Shown here: positions 50,315-60,483 of the stretch, piece after piece
Numbering within the stretch: the stretch's first letter is position 1
Layout of the letters: each line of letters opens with the position of its first letter
NCBI GenBank assembly: GCA_018812825.1
Contig: JAHJCJ010000069.1
Location: 3,825-67,824, forward strand
Length of the DNA stretch: 64,000 nucleotides
Direction of reading: 5' to 3'
DNA from: Candidatus Omnitrophota bacterium
Lineage (GTDB): Bacteria; Omnitrophota; Gorgyraeia; Gygaellales; Profunditerraquicolaceae
Program-made: the position numbers and the translations under genes
The notes under the pieces: model-generated
Database searches by the model: none
What the model saw: only the letters and a program-made list of their open reading frames with translations
Told to the model about the DNA's origin: nothing

Positions 50315-51927
50315 GTCCTAATAACTTTTACGGTTAAAATGTTTTCTAATTCCCTTATCTTATCCTGAATATCCGGACCGACCTGGCTATCTACGTTTAA
50401 TACGCTGATTGCCTTTCCTCCCGGTTTATCCCGGCCAAAGGTCATGGCGGCAATATTAATACCGTTCTTACCCATAAAGGTTCCTAAACTTCCGATTAAA
50501 CCGGGCCTATCCCAGTTACGGATAAAAACCATCTCGCCAATTGGGTACAATTCAAGATAATAGTCGTCAATCTTTACAATGCGCGGCTGCTTATTACTGG
50601 AAAGCGTTCCAAGGACTTTTTTGACTTCCTTATCTGTCTTGATCTCTAATTGTATCAGGTTAACAAATTCCCCCTCTTGTGCAGATTTTGATTCACGTAA
50701 CTTTATTCCTCTTTCCTTAAGTAAGGATACGGCATTGACAAAATTTACCGTTTCCTTTAATATCGGCTCAAGCACCCCTTTGGCCAAAGCCATGGTTACC
50801 GGGCTTAAATCATATTTAGTAATCTCACCGCTGTAATTTATAACTAACTCCTGAAACCTTCCTTCTACAAGCTGGGCGGTAAACATCCCCAGTTTTTCCC
50901 CTAAATTAATATAAGGGTTAAGAATTTTGCAAACCTCCGCTTCTAAACACGGATAATTAGCGGCATTGCGTATACCCCTGCCTAAAAGGGCATCGCGCAC
51001 AATCTCCGCTACTTCAATTGCCACATTAACCTGCGCCTCCTCGGTAGAAGCACCCAGATGCGGAGTAATAATTACATTATCAAGTTTTAAAAGCTCGTTC
51101 TCTGCGGAAAGCGGCTCGTTTTCAAAAACATCCATTGCTGCGCCAGCAACTTTAAGTTCTTTTAATGCCTTAACTAAAGCTACTTCATCAATTATTCCAC
51201 CGCGGGCGCAATTTATTACACGCACTCCTTTTTTCATAAGAGCAAACTCTTTATCTGAAATAATATGCCTGGTTTCATCAGTTAACGGAGTATGCACGGT
51301 AATATAATCAGCTTCCTGCAGCACTTTCTTTAATTCTGCAATCTCCACACCGATACTCTCCGCAACCTCAGCCGATAGGAATGGGTCATATGCTAAAATC
51401 TTCATCCCGAATGGCAAAGCGCGCTTAGCCACTTCAGAGCCGATACGGCCAAAACCTACTATACCAAGGGTTTTCCCATAGAGCTCTACTCCCATAAACT
51501 TTGAGCGTTTCCATTCCCCTTTTTTCGTCGATGCATTAGCCTGCGGGATATTCCTGGAAAGGGCAAGAATCATACTAAAGGTATGCTCGGCGGTAGAAAT
51601 AGTATTTCCTGCCGGAGTATTCATCACGATAATCCCCTTTTGCGTAGCTGCCTCCAAATCCACATTATCCAGGCCAACGCCGGCGCGTCCAATAACCTTT
51701 AGCTTTTTAGCTGCCTGGATTATCTCGCTAGTTACCTTAGTTGCGCTGCGCACTACCAGCCCATCATAATCTTTAATTATCTCTTTCAAAACATCAGGTT
51801 TTAAATCAATTTTTACATCCACAGTAAGTTCTTTAGCCTCTTTAAATACCTTAAGCCCTTCTTCAGATAAAGCGTCGCTAACTAATATCTTGATCATTTT
51901 ACTTGCTCCTTGTCCAGTAGGACACAC
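50311..51927 (-). CDS. serA: D-3-phosphoglycerate dehydrogenase with a C-terminal ACT domain
   Basis: The Rossmann motif GIVGFGRIGSEVAK of 2-hydroxyacid dehydrogenases, plus an ACT tail. The likely start is MIKILVSD at about 51897. Confidence 0.9.
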   Translation of the reverse strand: MCPTGQGASKMIKILVSDALSEEGLKVFKEAKELTVDVKIDLKPDVLKEIIKDYDGLVVRSATKVTSEIIQAAKKLKVIGRAGVGLDNVDLEAATQKGIIVMNTPAGNTISTAEHTFSMILALSRNIPQANASTKKGEWKRSKFMGVELYGKTLGIVGFGRIGSEVAKRALPFGMKILAYDPFLSAEVAESIGVEIAELKKVLQEADYITVHTPLTDETRHIISDKEFALMKKGVRVINCARGGIIDEVALVKALKELKVAGAAMDVFENEPLSAENELLKLDNVIITPHLGASTEEAQVNVAIEVAEIVRDALLGRGIRNAANYPCLEAEVCKILNPYINLGEKLGMFTAQLVEGRFQELVINYSGEITKYDLSPVTMALAKGVLEPILKETVNFVNAVSLLKERGIKLRESKSAQEGEFVNLIQLEIKTDKEVKKVLGTLSSNKQPRIVKIDDYYLELYPIGEMVFIRNWDRPGLIGSLGTFMGKNGINIAAMTFGRDKPGGKAISVLNVDSQVGPDIQDKIRELENILTVKVIRT

Positions 51928-51939
51928 CCGCGTAATTCT

Positions 51940-53091
51940 TTATAAACGCGGGGTGTTATTTAAAAAAACCTCTTCGGCTGCCCTGACCCCTGTTCCCAAC
52001 TCAAAAGAATACCCTAATTTCTTTAAAACTCTTTCAAGACAAACAATACCCGCAAGAATATCAAATTCTTCGATAAAACCCATATGAGCGAACCTGAATA
52101 CCTTGCCTTTTAATTCTGCCTGTCCTCCGGCAATGGTTACTCCGTAAACATCACGCATGGTCTTGACAATTTTCTCCCCGTCAATACCCGCGGGGGCTTT
52201 TACCGCAGTCACTACATCTGAAGCAGCAGCAGGGGCAAATAGTTCTAAGCCCAACGCCTTCATGGCAGCCCTAGTGGCAGAAGCCATAACTCTATGGCGA
52301 TTGAATATGTTTTCCAGGCTATCCTGTTTCATCATTTTTAAAACTTCCACCAACGCGATTATCAGTGAAATGGCTGGCGTAAAAGGTGTATCCACGCTTT
52401 GAATTGCTTTTTTAGCTGCCTTTAAATCAAAATAATACCGCGGGCTTTTGGAAACAGCAATTGCCTCCCAGGCCTTCTTACTTACAGATATAAAAGCAAG
52501 ACCCGGAGGAAGCATAAAACCTTTCTGTGATCCTGAAACACACACATCAACACACCAGGCATCGGTTTTCAAATCAATAGCCCCCAAACCACTGATCGCA
52601 TCTACAACTAAAACTGCCTTGTATTTATTAACCACCTCACCAATCGCCTCAATATCGCTCACTACGCCAGTAGAAGTTTCGCAAAGTGTGGTAAAAACGG
52701 CTTTTATATTAGGGTTGGCCTTAAGCCGTTTTTCAATCTCTCCGGGATCTACTGCTTTGCCCCACTCAACATTAATGACTTCCGTATGAATTCCGTAAGC
52801 TGCGCATAACTCCGTCCAACGCTCTCCGAATTTACCGCCTTGAACAGTAATCGCAGTATCCTGCGCTGAAAGCAGGTTAACTACCGCTGCCTCCATTGCT
52901 CCAGTACCGGAAGAAGTAAGAATAAATACGTCACCTTGCGTCTGAAATATATACTTTAATCCCTCAGTTGCCTCTTTCAGTATTGCCTGAAACTGCGGGG
53001 TGCGATGATGGATAATCGGTTTACCCAACGCCTGACATACCTCAGGCGGCAGCGGAGTCGGGCCGGGTGTTAACAAATAGTTTTTCCTCAT
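51940..53091 (-). CDS. Class V aminotransferase (phosphoserine aminotransferase or serine-glyoxylate aminotransferase type)
   Basis: 383 aa with the PLP-lysine region SGSQKGFMLPPGLAF. Adjacent to serA, which suggests a SerC role. Confidence 0.75.
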   Translation of the reverse strand: MRKNYLLTPGPTPLPPEVCQALGKPIIHHRTPQFQAILKEATEGLKYIFQTQGDVFILTSSGTGAMEAAVVNLLSAQDTAITVQGGKFGERWTELCAAYGIHTEVINVEWGKAVDPGEIEKRLKANPNIKAVFTTLCETSTGVVSDIEAIGEVVNKYKAVLVVDAISGLGAIDLKTDAWCVDVCVSGSQKGFMLPPGLAFISVSKKAWEAIAVSKSPRYYFDLKAAKKAIQSVDTPFTPAISLIIALVEVLKMMKQDSLENIFNRHRVMASATRAAMKALGLELFAPAAASDVVTAVKAPAGIDGEKIVKTMRDVYGVTIAGGQAELKGKVFRFAHMGFIEEFDILAGIVCLERVLKKLGYSFELGTGVRAAEEVFLNNTPRL

Positions 53092-53102
53092 TTTCTCACC
53101 CC

Positions 53103-53747
53103 TTATTTTAATTTCTTGTTGTTTAACACCACTTCATCTATTATTCCATAATCCTTTGCTTCTTGAGCAGACATAAAATAGTCTCTGTCAGTATCCTTTT
53201 GGATTTTCTCCAGCGTCTGAGACGTATGACGCGCGAGGATCTCATTAATTTTATCGCGCAGGTTTAAAATTTCCTTAGCTTGGATAGATATATCAGCAGC
53301 TACCCCCTGTACCCCACCCCACGGCTGATGAATCATTACCCGTGAATTAGGGAGCACGAAACGTTTCCCCTTGGTTCCCGCTGCCAACAAAAGCGCTCCC
53401 ATACTGGCTGCTTGGCCCACACAATAGGTTGCCACATCGCATTTTATAAACTGCATAGTATCGTATATCGCAAGGCCAGCGGTAACCGAACCCCCGGGTG
53501 AGTTAATATAAACATTGATATCTTTGTCCTTCTCTTCCATCTGTAAAAAAAGCATTTGGGCAATCACAAGATTTGCCACATAATCATCGATAGGCGTGCC
53601 GATAAAGACAATGCGGTCTTTTAAAAGACGTGAGTAAATATCATAAGCACGTTCATAGCCCCGAGGAGTCTGCTCAATTACCATAGGAACCAATGTCTGC
53701 ATTCTTATCTCCATCTTATCCTCCATTTCTAATAAACCTCCTGCCAA
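53103..53747 (-). CDS. clpP: ATP-dependent Clp protease proteolytic subunit
   Basis: ClpP Ser-His-Asp triad motifs ([11 protein letters not shown]). The likely start is a downstream Met near 53726 or 53699. Confidence 0.95.
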   Translation of the reverse strand: MAGGLLEMEDKMEIRMQTLVPMVIEQTPRGYERAYDIYSRLLKDRIVFIGTPIDDYVANLVIAQMLFLQMEEKDKDINVYINSPGGSVTAGLAIYDTMQFIKCDVATYCVGQAASMGALLLAAGTKGKRFVLPNSRVMIHQPWGGVQGVAADISIQAKEILNLRDKINEILARHTSQTLEKIQKDTDRDYFMSAQEAKDYGIIDEVVLNNKKLK

Positions 53748-54607
53748 TCTGCTTCTCTTAATAAAAATTCCATTACCTTAGCCAACATATGCTCATCTAT
53801 AGGAATGCCCTCTTTTCTGGCAATCTGAGCTAAAACTAAATAAACCTTAACCTGCTTTTTAGCCTGTGGCTGGATCCCTTCCAAAATCACCTTTTCCTCT
53901 TCCTCAATTTTATCCCGAGGTATGCCCTTCATCGCCAAATCCAATTTTGTCTGCCGCAGCATATCCTGAGCCTGTCGACTAACCAGGCTCTCCGGTAGTT
54001 TAAATTCTAAATCCTTTAGGAGATTATCAATCAATTCATTTTCAATACGCTGGCGTTCCTGATTTTCCTTAGTAATAAAAATCTGCCTCTCCACCGCCTT
54101 CTCAAATTCCGCCAGATTAGGATACCCCAGAGAACGGCTAAACTTATCATCTAACGTTTCTGTCTTGCGCGACTGCTTAACAGAATCAATCTGCTTTTTT
54201 ATCTCGTCGGCAGTTACCGTCGTTACTTTATAATTTATCTTCTGCTTCTTATAATCCTTAATCGCAATCTCCGGAGTCACCTCTACAACCGCTTTAAAAG
54301 AAAGATTATTGCGGTCCAGCTTCACATCAGCTATCTGCGGCAATTCGATTACATCAAGCTTTTCTGCCGTAATTGCCTGGTTATACACATCAGGGACCAG
54401 CTCCTTTAATACCTGTTCATGGACCGAAGCGGCGTAATGCTTCTCTAAAACATCCCGCGGAGCCTTACCCGGACGAAAACCCGGTACTTTAGCCTCTTTG
54501 GCAATTTGAGAAAAAACCTCTTCAAATTTATTTTTTACTAGTTCACCGCTCACCGCTACGCTTAATTCACATTTAATACTATCTAACTTCTTTACTTCGG
54601 TTTTCAT
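53729..54607 (-). CDS. tig: Trigger factor, short form lacking the PPIase domain
   Basis: 292 aa. The N-terminal ribosome-binding signature GFRPGKAP joins directly to the C-terminal chaperone arm. The roughly 100-aa FKBP insert is absent. Confidence 0.8.
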   Translation of the reverse strand: MKTEVKKLDSIKCELSVAVSGELVKNKFEEVFSQIAKEAKVPGFRPGKAPRDVLEKHYAASVHEQVLKELVPDVYNQAITAEKLDVIELPQIADVKLDRNNLSFKAVVEVTPEIAIKDYKKQKINYKVTTVTADEIKKQIDSVKQSRKTETLDDKFSRSLGYPNLAEFEKAVERQIFITKENQERQRIENELIDNLLKDLEFKLPESLVSRQAQDMLRQTKLDLAMKGIPRDKIEEEEKVILEGIQPQAKKQVKVYLVLAQIARKEGIPIDEHMLAKVMEFLLREADWQEVY

Positions 54608-54705
54608 AACAATCCTTTCATATATTAATTATGCGATATCCCCGCTGTACTGATTATCAAATCCTTCGCTTGACTCCTTTACTACTTAAAGCTGAGTGAA
54701 CAAGA

Positions 54706-54808
54706 TACCCGCTCAGATACTGTGTAAAAAATTTTTAAAAAATTTTTTACACATTCGCGGGTATGAGTTCGGCCAAACGATTTAGCTTCGCTTTCGCTCG
54801 CTAAATCG
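54706..54808. promoter_or_regulatory. Nested inverted repeats between lptB and tig: atacccgc...gcgggtat enclosing a 33-nt A6T5A6T6 palindrome (54721..54753), plus a 9-bp stem hairpin cgatttagc/gctaaatcg (54778..54808)
   Basis: Read directly from the sequence. Candidate terminator, operator or bent-DNA element. Confidence 0.4.
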
Positions 54809-54817
54809 TGGCCTCAC

Positions 54818-55540
54818 TCACATTCTGAACTTCTCGCCTAAATAAATCTGGCGCGCACGCGGATGGTTAATCAGTTCATGCGCCGAACCTGAGATAAGGA
54901 TAGAACCATCAGCGATCAAATAAGCCCGGTCAGTTATAGCCAAGGTCTCGCGCACATTATGATCAGTTAATAAAATCCCCAGCCCCTTTGCCTTTAGTTC
55001 TTTAATGATCTCCTGGGCTTCATTGACTACTATAGGGTCAATGCCGGAAAAAGGCTCATCCAAAAGTATAAAAGAAGGGTTGGTTACCAACGCGCGGGTA
55101 ATCTCAAGACGCCTTCTTTCCCCTCCGCTTAAAGTATATGCCTTATTTTTCGCTAAATGCGCGATATTCAATTCTTCAAGCAGAGAAACCAGCCTGCGCT
55201 TTCTCTGTGAATGGCTCAAAGGTAGAGTTTCCAAGATTGCGTTTATATTTTCCGCAACCGTCAGTTTGCGAAATATCGAGGCTTCCTGGGATAGATATCC
55301 TATGCCAAAACGCGCGCGCTCATGAATAGGAAGATTCGTAATTTCATGATTGTCAAAAACAATCGTTCCCTTATTAGGCGCAACTATGCCTACGATCATA
55401 TAGAAAGTCGTGGTCTTTCCCGCGCCATTAGGCCCCAATAAGCCAACAATCTCTCCCCGCTTAACCGTAATATCTACGCCATTAACAACAATACGGCCAT
55501 CATATGATTTAGCTAAACCCTTAGTTTCTAAAAGCTGCAT
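54818..55540 (-). CDS. lptB: LPS export ABC transporter ATP-binding protein
   Basis: 240 aa. Walker A GPNGAGKTT and ABC signature LSGGERRR. Sits in the conserved kdsD-kdsC-lptA-lptB context. Confidence 0.9.
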   Translation of the reverse strand: MQLLETKGLAKSYDGRIVVNGVDITVKRGEIVGLLGPNGAGKTTTFYMIVGIVAPNKGTIVFDNHEITNLPIHERARFGIGYLSQEASIFRKLTVAENINAILETLPLSHSQRKRRLVSLLEELNIAHLAKNKAYTLSGGERRRLEITRALVTNPSFILLDEPFSGIDPIVVNEAQEIIKELKAKGLGILLTDHNVRETLAITDRAYLIADGSILISGSAHELINHPRARQIYLGEKFRM

Positions 55541-56417
55541 TCATATTCTCCGTCTGATAAATCTCTATCTGAGGCCTGCCGGTCAAGACTATCCTCTTAT
55601 CCACAGCAGTATAGACCGCTTCCTGGCTATAAGAAATATTCTCTCCACGCAATATACGCACATTCCCCAAAGCAACAATCTTATTAATAGAACTAGACAT
55701 CACCACAGATCCCTGCCCCTTCTTGATCCCTTCCTGTTTCGCTGTAAAATAAACCTGCATCTTATCGCTGTACATAATTAAATCCGGCGTTTCTACTTTA
55801 ACATTATTATTAAATATGGCAATATTTTTCTCGTAATCTACTTCCAGGGGGCCATCGCAAATAACGATAATCTTCTCTTTTTTACCCTTTTGCTTATCTA
55901 AAGGCTCGATATCCAAACGCACATTTTTCTCTAGCGCAACCTGCTTAAGCGCAGTCTGCCCCCTTGCCCCTTCTCCGGTAAGATTCATGTCTGAACGCTG
56001 AAGACTAATTTTATCCAATGTGCTGACTATCTGTTGCTTACGGTCCCAATCCAGAGAATCAGTAGTCAATTTTGCGCCGCTAGAGGTGGTAATTACTACA
56101 TTATTTTCTAAATGCACAACTCCGCTATTCTTATTAAAATCACCGTTGTCGGCGGTAAGATTTACATTATCCTTATCTGCATAATGATTACCTACTACCT
56201 CTTTAAGCTTAACTACTTCATTAAATATATCCGCGGATTTTCCGGACAGATCCCAGGATTTTTTCCCCTTCTCACCGTACCCAGAGAGAGAAAAGTCACC
56301 GATCTGCTGGTCAGAATCATTTGCCTCTGTTGTTGTCTTGGTAGTTTCAACTGCGAAAGAACTACCAGAGAAAAATATAAACGCGAAAATTAAGAATACA
56401 AGCTTCTTAAACTTCAT
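55521..56417 (-). CDS. lptA: LptA/OstA-family periplasmic LPS transport protein (possibly a tandem OstA-like fold)
   Basis: 298 aa with a signal peptide. Called from its position between kdsC and lptB and its beta-rich composition. Confidence 0.6.
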   Translation of the reverse strand: MKFKKLVFLIFAFIFFSGSSFAVETTKTTTEANDSDQQIGDFSLSGYGEKGKKSWDLSGKSADIFNEVVKLKEVVGNHYADKDNVNLTADNGDFNKNSGVVHLENNVVITTSSGAKLTTDSLDWDRKQQIVSTLDKISLQRSDMNLTGEGARGQTALKQVALEKNVRLDIEPLDKQKGKKEKIIVICDGPLEVDYEKNIAIFNNNVKVETPDLIMYSDKMQVYFTAKQEGIKKGQGSVVMSSSINKIVALGNVRILRGENISYSQEAVYTAVDKRIVLTGRPQIEIYQTENMNAAFRN

Positions 56418-56949
56418 AAATTTTTAAGATTTTTTCCCATTTACCCTGCGATTTAAGGATCATCTCGGCGATTTCCCTGACAGCACCGCGGCCACCCACA
56501 TGCTTCGTTATATAAGCTGCGGTTTTTCTTATTTCGCTGGAAGCGTTAGCCACCGCTATCGGCAAGCCCACTTTATGCATAAGTGACAAATCCACCAGAT
56601 CATCACCTACAAAACAAATTTCATCTATGGAAACATTGTATTTCTCGAGGATCTTGCCTAAAACCTTAGTTTTCGGAAAAACACCAGCGAAAATTTTAAC
56701 CACTCGCATATCCTTAGCGCGCGGCTGAATAGTCTTAGAACTTTTAGCTGTAATCAAAATAGTGGGAATCCCGGCTTCACGTAAAACATAAACCCCTAAA
56801 CCATCATGTACATCAAAAAACTTAAGCTCACCTCCCCGGGAATCATAAACAATCCTGCCATCAGTCAAAACTCCGTCTACATCCAACAAGAATAACTTGA
56901 TTTTCCGCAGGCGGCTGTTTAAATCTTTTTTTGTTATTTCATTATACAT
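56407..56949 (-). CDS. kdsC: 3-deoxy-D-manno-octulosonate 8-phosphate phosphatase
   Basis: 180 aa HAD-family protein with LLDVDGVLTDG. Confidence 0.85.
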   Translation of the reverse strand: MYNEITKKDLNSRLRKIKLFLLDVDGVLTDGRIVYDSRGGELKFFDVHDGLGVYVLREAGIPTILITAKSSKTIQPRAKDMRVVKIFAGVFPKTKVLGKILEKYNVSIDEICFVGDDLVDLSLMHKVGLPIAVANASSEIRKTAAYITKHVGGRGAVREIAEMILKSQGKWEKILKIYEV

Positions 56950-56951
56950 AA

Positions 56952-57920
56952 TTAAGCCAACCCTGCCTTAAGCAGATCCTGCACATCCAATAAACCCACC
57001 GGCCGCATGAACTTATCTATTACAGGAACCTCATCTATTTTCTTAGCCTGTAATATACGCATTGCCTCGGCAGCCAACATATCTTTATTTACTACAGTAG
57101 GATTCTTAGTCATTACCTCTTTAATTGGCCGCAGCGTCAAATTCTTGTCACTCTCCAGATGCCGGCGCAAATCTCCATCGGTAAAAATCCCTTTTAGCTT
57201 TCCGCTTTTATCCACAACTATCGCTGAACCTGCCCTGGCGCGGGTAATAGCACATAGGACCTGCGAAACTTTTTTATTTTCATCTACCACGGCATTGGCG
57301 CCCGCCCGGCGCATAATATCCTCAACCTTTAAAAGCAGCCGCTTACCTAAAGCCCCTCCGGGATGAAAAAAAGCAAAATCTTTTTCTTTAAAACCTTTTA
57401 GCTCCAACAAACACACTGCCAAAGCATCTGCCATAGCCAAAGTAGCAGTAGTTGAAGCAGTAGGAGCAAGGCCTAATGGACAGGCCTCTTTTTTAACCGA
57501 AACATCCAAAACTGCATCGCTGTATTTAGCGAGAATTGATTTTAAATTTCCGGTAAGCGAAATAATCGGCGAACCTATCTTTTTAAGTAAAGGCAGTAGC
57601 TGTTTCATCTCTTCGGTCGAGCCGCTGTTAGAAAGAATGACCACAATATCATCTGCAGTGACTTTACCTAAATCGCCATGGATCGCCTCTGCCGTATGCA
57701 TAAATAAACTTGGGGTCCCAGTGGAAGCAAGGGTTGCGGAGAGTTTTTGCGCGATAATCCCCGTCTTACCCATTCCACTAACTACAACCCTGCCCTTATT
57801 CTTAAGGATTAATTCAATAGCCTTAACAAAACCCTTACCCAACCGGACCTTCAGCAGTTTTATTGCCTGTGCCTCAATATCCAAAACCTCTTTTGCGCGC
57901 TTAATCACATTTATTTTCAT
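56952..57920 (-). CDS. kdsD: Arabinose 5-phosphate isomerase (SIS + tandem CBS)
   Basis: 322 aa KpsF/GutQ architecture. Confidence 0.9.
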   Translation of the reverse strand: MKINVIKRAKEVLDIEAQAIKLLKVRLGKGFVKAIELILKNKGRVVVSGMGKTGIIAQKLSATLASTGTPSLFMHTAEAIHGDLGKVTADDIVVILSNSGSTEEMKQLLPLLKKIGSPIISLTGNLKSILAKYSDAVLDVSVKKEACPLGLAPTASTTATLAMADALAVCLLELKGFKEKDFAFFHPGGALGKRLLLKVEDIMRRAGANAVVDENKKVSQVLCAITRARAGSAIVVDKSGKLKGIFTDGDLRRHLESDKNLTLRPIKEVMTKNPTVVNKDMLAAEAMRILQAKKIDEVPVIDKFMRPVGLLDVQDLLKAGLA

Positions 57921-58729
57921 AGTGCGCGCTCAATCTTTTTGATTTGTTTTAACAGACTTTCTAATTCTTTAAAATTAATCATATTCGCTCCATCGCAAAA
58001 CGCATTCTTCGGATCAATATGCACCTCTAAAAACAAACCATCGCAGCCAAAAGCTACGGCGGCCCTGGATAACCCTGCGACAAATTCACTCTGGCCTCCT
58101 GAACAAGCGCCCTTGCCACCGGGAAGCTGCACGCTATGCGTAGCATCGTAAATTATAGGATAGCCAAACTCGCGCATAATCGCCAGACTCCGATAATCCG
58201 TAACCAAATTATTATACCCAAAACTTACTCCTCTTTCCGTAATCAAAATCTTTTTATTCCCTGCAGATTCAACCTTTTTGATTATAGGCAAAATATCCCA
58301 AGGAGCAAGAAACTGGCCTTTTTTAATATTGACAACCTTGCCGGTTTTTGCGGCTGCCAGCACGATATCTGTCTGACGGCACAAAAATGCCGGAATCTGA
58401 ATAATATCCAGCACCTTAGCTGCCGTAGCCATATCTTTTGCGCAATGCACATCACTTAAAATAGGAATTTTAAGCTGCTGTTTTACCTTTTTTAAAATAG
58501 CTAATCCTTTATTTAATCCTGGGCCGCGATAAGAATCAACAGAAAGCCGATTAGCCTTATCAAAGCTGGATTTAAAGATAAACGGAACACCGCTTGCCGC
58601 TGCGATACCCTTAATCTTCCTGGCAGCTTCAAGACAAGAACCTTCCGATTCAATAACGCAAGGGCCGGCAATGAGTACGAGCGGATTTTTATCCCCAAAT
58701 CTTATATTTCCTACGTTAAGCTGACGCAT
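57917..58729 (-). CDS. kdsA: 3-deoxy-8-phosphooctulonate synthase
   Basis: 270 aa. KDO8P synthase motifs. Confidence 0.9.
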   Translation of the reverse strand: MRQLNVGNIRFGDKNPLVLIAGPCVIESEGSCLEAARKIKGIAAASGVPFIFKSSFDKANRLSVDSYRGPGLNKGLAILKKVKQQLKIPILSDVHCAKDMATAAKVLDIIQIPAFLCRQTDIVLAAAKTGKVVNIKKGQFLAPWDILPIIKKVESAGNKKILITERGVSFGYNNLVTDYRSLAIMREFGYPIIYDATHSVQLPGGKGACSGGQSEFVAGLSRAAVAFGCDGLFLEVHIDPKNAFCDGANMINFKELESLLKQIKKIERAL

Positions 58730-59468
58730 TAGGTATTCCTTTTTGCAATAAAGCTCTGAGCTTCTCTAAATCTTCCAGGGTATCCACGCTCATAGTGTCA
58801 AATTTAGTTTCGATCACCTTAATTTTAAAACCTTCAGCCAAAACACGCAACTGCTCCAATTTCTCCGTCTTCTCAAGATTAGAAACAGGCAGGTTCTTAT
58901 AGGTAAAAAGGAAATCCTTGGTATAACCGTAAAGGCCGATATGTTTATAATAAGTTGCCTCTTTAATCTCGGCATTCGGTGCTAAATACGGGATGGGCGC
59001 GCGTGAAAAATACAAGGCAAGGTTATTTTTGTCCACCACTACTTTTACCACGTTTGGATCAACAATCTGCTCCGGGTCTTCGATTTTCTTCATAATTGTT
59101 GCCATGCTGAGAGACTTATCTTCTAATAATGCCCGCGCGACATTATCAATCATCATCGGATTAATCAACGGTTCGTCTCCTTGAATATTGATCACAACCT
59201 TTACATCCAAAGGATTAACCACCTCGCTGATCCTATCAGTACCACAAGTATGCTCTTTGGAAGTCATCACGGTTTTAGCCCCGAACTCAATAGCTGCCTT
59301 TTGGATTATTTCATTATCACAAGCAATAATCAGATCATCGAGCATACGGCTTGCCTTAGCCCGTTCCCAGACATGCTGCAGCATAGGCTTACCCATAATA
59401 TCAGCCAGCACCTTTGCTTGGAATCTAGTCGATAAATACCTCGCGGGTATAACTCCGATTACATCCAT
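58716..59468 (-). CDS. kdsB: 3-deoxy-manno-octulosonate cytidylyltransferase
   Basis: 250 aa. The N-terminal motif GVIPARYLSTRFQAKVL is typical of KdsB. Confidence 0.9.
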   Translation of the reverse strand: MDVIGVIPARYLSTRFQAKVLADIMGKPMLQHVWERAKASRMLDDLIIACDNEIIQKAAIEFGAKTVMTSKEHTCGTDRISEVVNPLDVKVVINIQGDEPLINPMMIDNVARALLEDKSLSMATIMKKIEDPEQIVDPNVVKVVVDKNNLALYFSRAPIPYLAPNAEIKEATYYKHIGLYGYTKDFLFTYKNLPVSNLEKTEKLEQLRVLAEGFKIKVIETKFDTMSVDTLEDLEKLRALLQKGIPNASA

Positions 59469-59469
59469 T

Positions 59470-60483
59470 TTATTTGATCCTCTCTAAAAGTTCCCGGGAA
59501 TTTGTTACCGCCGTTCCCAATTTGCCTACGACAATGCCTGCGGCGAAATTAGCAATATGCGCTGCCTCTAGCTTTGAGGCACCCACGCAAAGAGCCAAAG
59601 TAAAACTGCTAATTACCGTATCCCCTGCCCCCGATACATCAAAAACCTCCTGGGCTACAGTTGAGATATGCGTCAGAAGGCCATTTTTCTCAAGTAATTT
59701 CATCCCCTGTTCGCCTAAAGTCACTAAAATAGAATCCAAATTTAAATACTCCATAATCTGCCGGGCCGCTGAATCGATATCTTTATCCGTAAACAACCTG
59801 TCAGCATTAATCTTAAACCTGTTATTTGTATCTTTTATCTTAAGATTCCTGATGGCATTCTCCAGTTCCTTGCGATTAGGCGTTATTGAAGTCACCCCGC
59901 AATAATACTGAAAATTCTCTTCTTTAGGATCCACAGTAATAATTTTCTTATGCATCCTGGCTAAAGAAACAAGCTTGCCAATAAGCTCCGCATTAACTAC
60001 TCCTTTACCGTAATCTTCAATAATAACCGCGTCAAATAACCTGATATTCTTTTCAATATATTTTAAAATTTTTAAATTCAATTCTTCCGGAAGGTCATGC
60101 GTATGTTCCCAATCCACCCTTACTACCTGCTGATGCCCGGCAAGGATGCGCGTCTTTACAGTAGTGTGCCTTTTACCCTCTATAAAAATACCCTGCGTAT
60201 TAATCTTTCTTTTCTTTAACTCAGCGAATAATATTTTGGAATTAGCATCATTACCCGCAACTCCCAACAAAGAAACCTCTGCGCCTAAAGAACGGATATT
60301 ATTAGCAACATTGGCCGTGCCTCCAGGTAAAAATGTACGTTTGTTTGCCCAAAGCACAGGTACCGGGGCTTCCGGAGAAATCCTCTCAACGCTACCCCAT
60401 ATATATTCATCCAGGATCAGATCCCCAATAACTAAAATCTTTGCTTTATTAAATTTTCTGATTATTTTTCTTAGATTCCTCAT
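59470..60483 (-). CDS. hldE: D-glycero-beta-D-manno-heptose 7-phosphate kinase (RfaE/HldE domain I, PfkB family)
   Basis: 337 aa. PfkB carbohydrate kinase motifs (DVSGAGDTV). No adenylyltransferase domain II is attached. Confidence 0.8.
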   Translation of the reverse strand: MRNLRKIIRKFNKAKILVIGDLILDEYIWGSVERISPEAPVPVLWANKRTFLPGGTANVANNIRSLGAEVSLLGVAGNDANSKILFAELKKRKINTQGIFIEGKRHTTVKTRILAGHQQVVRVDWEHTHDLPEELNLKILKYIEKNIRLFDAVIIEDYGKGVVNAELIGKLVSLARMHKKIITVDPKEENFQYYCGVTSITPNRKELENAIRNLKIKDTNNRFKINADRLFTDKDIDSAARQIMEYLNLDSILVTLGEQGMKLLEKNGLLTHISTVAQEVFDVSGAGDTVISSFTLALCVGASKLEAAHIANFAAGIVVGKLGTAVTNSRELLERIK

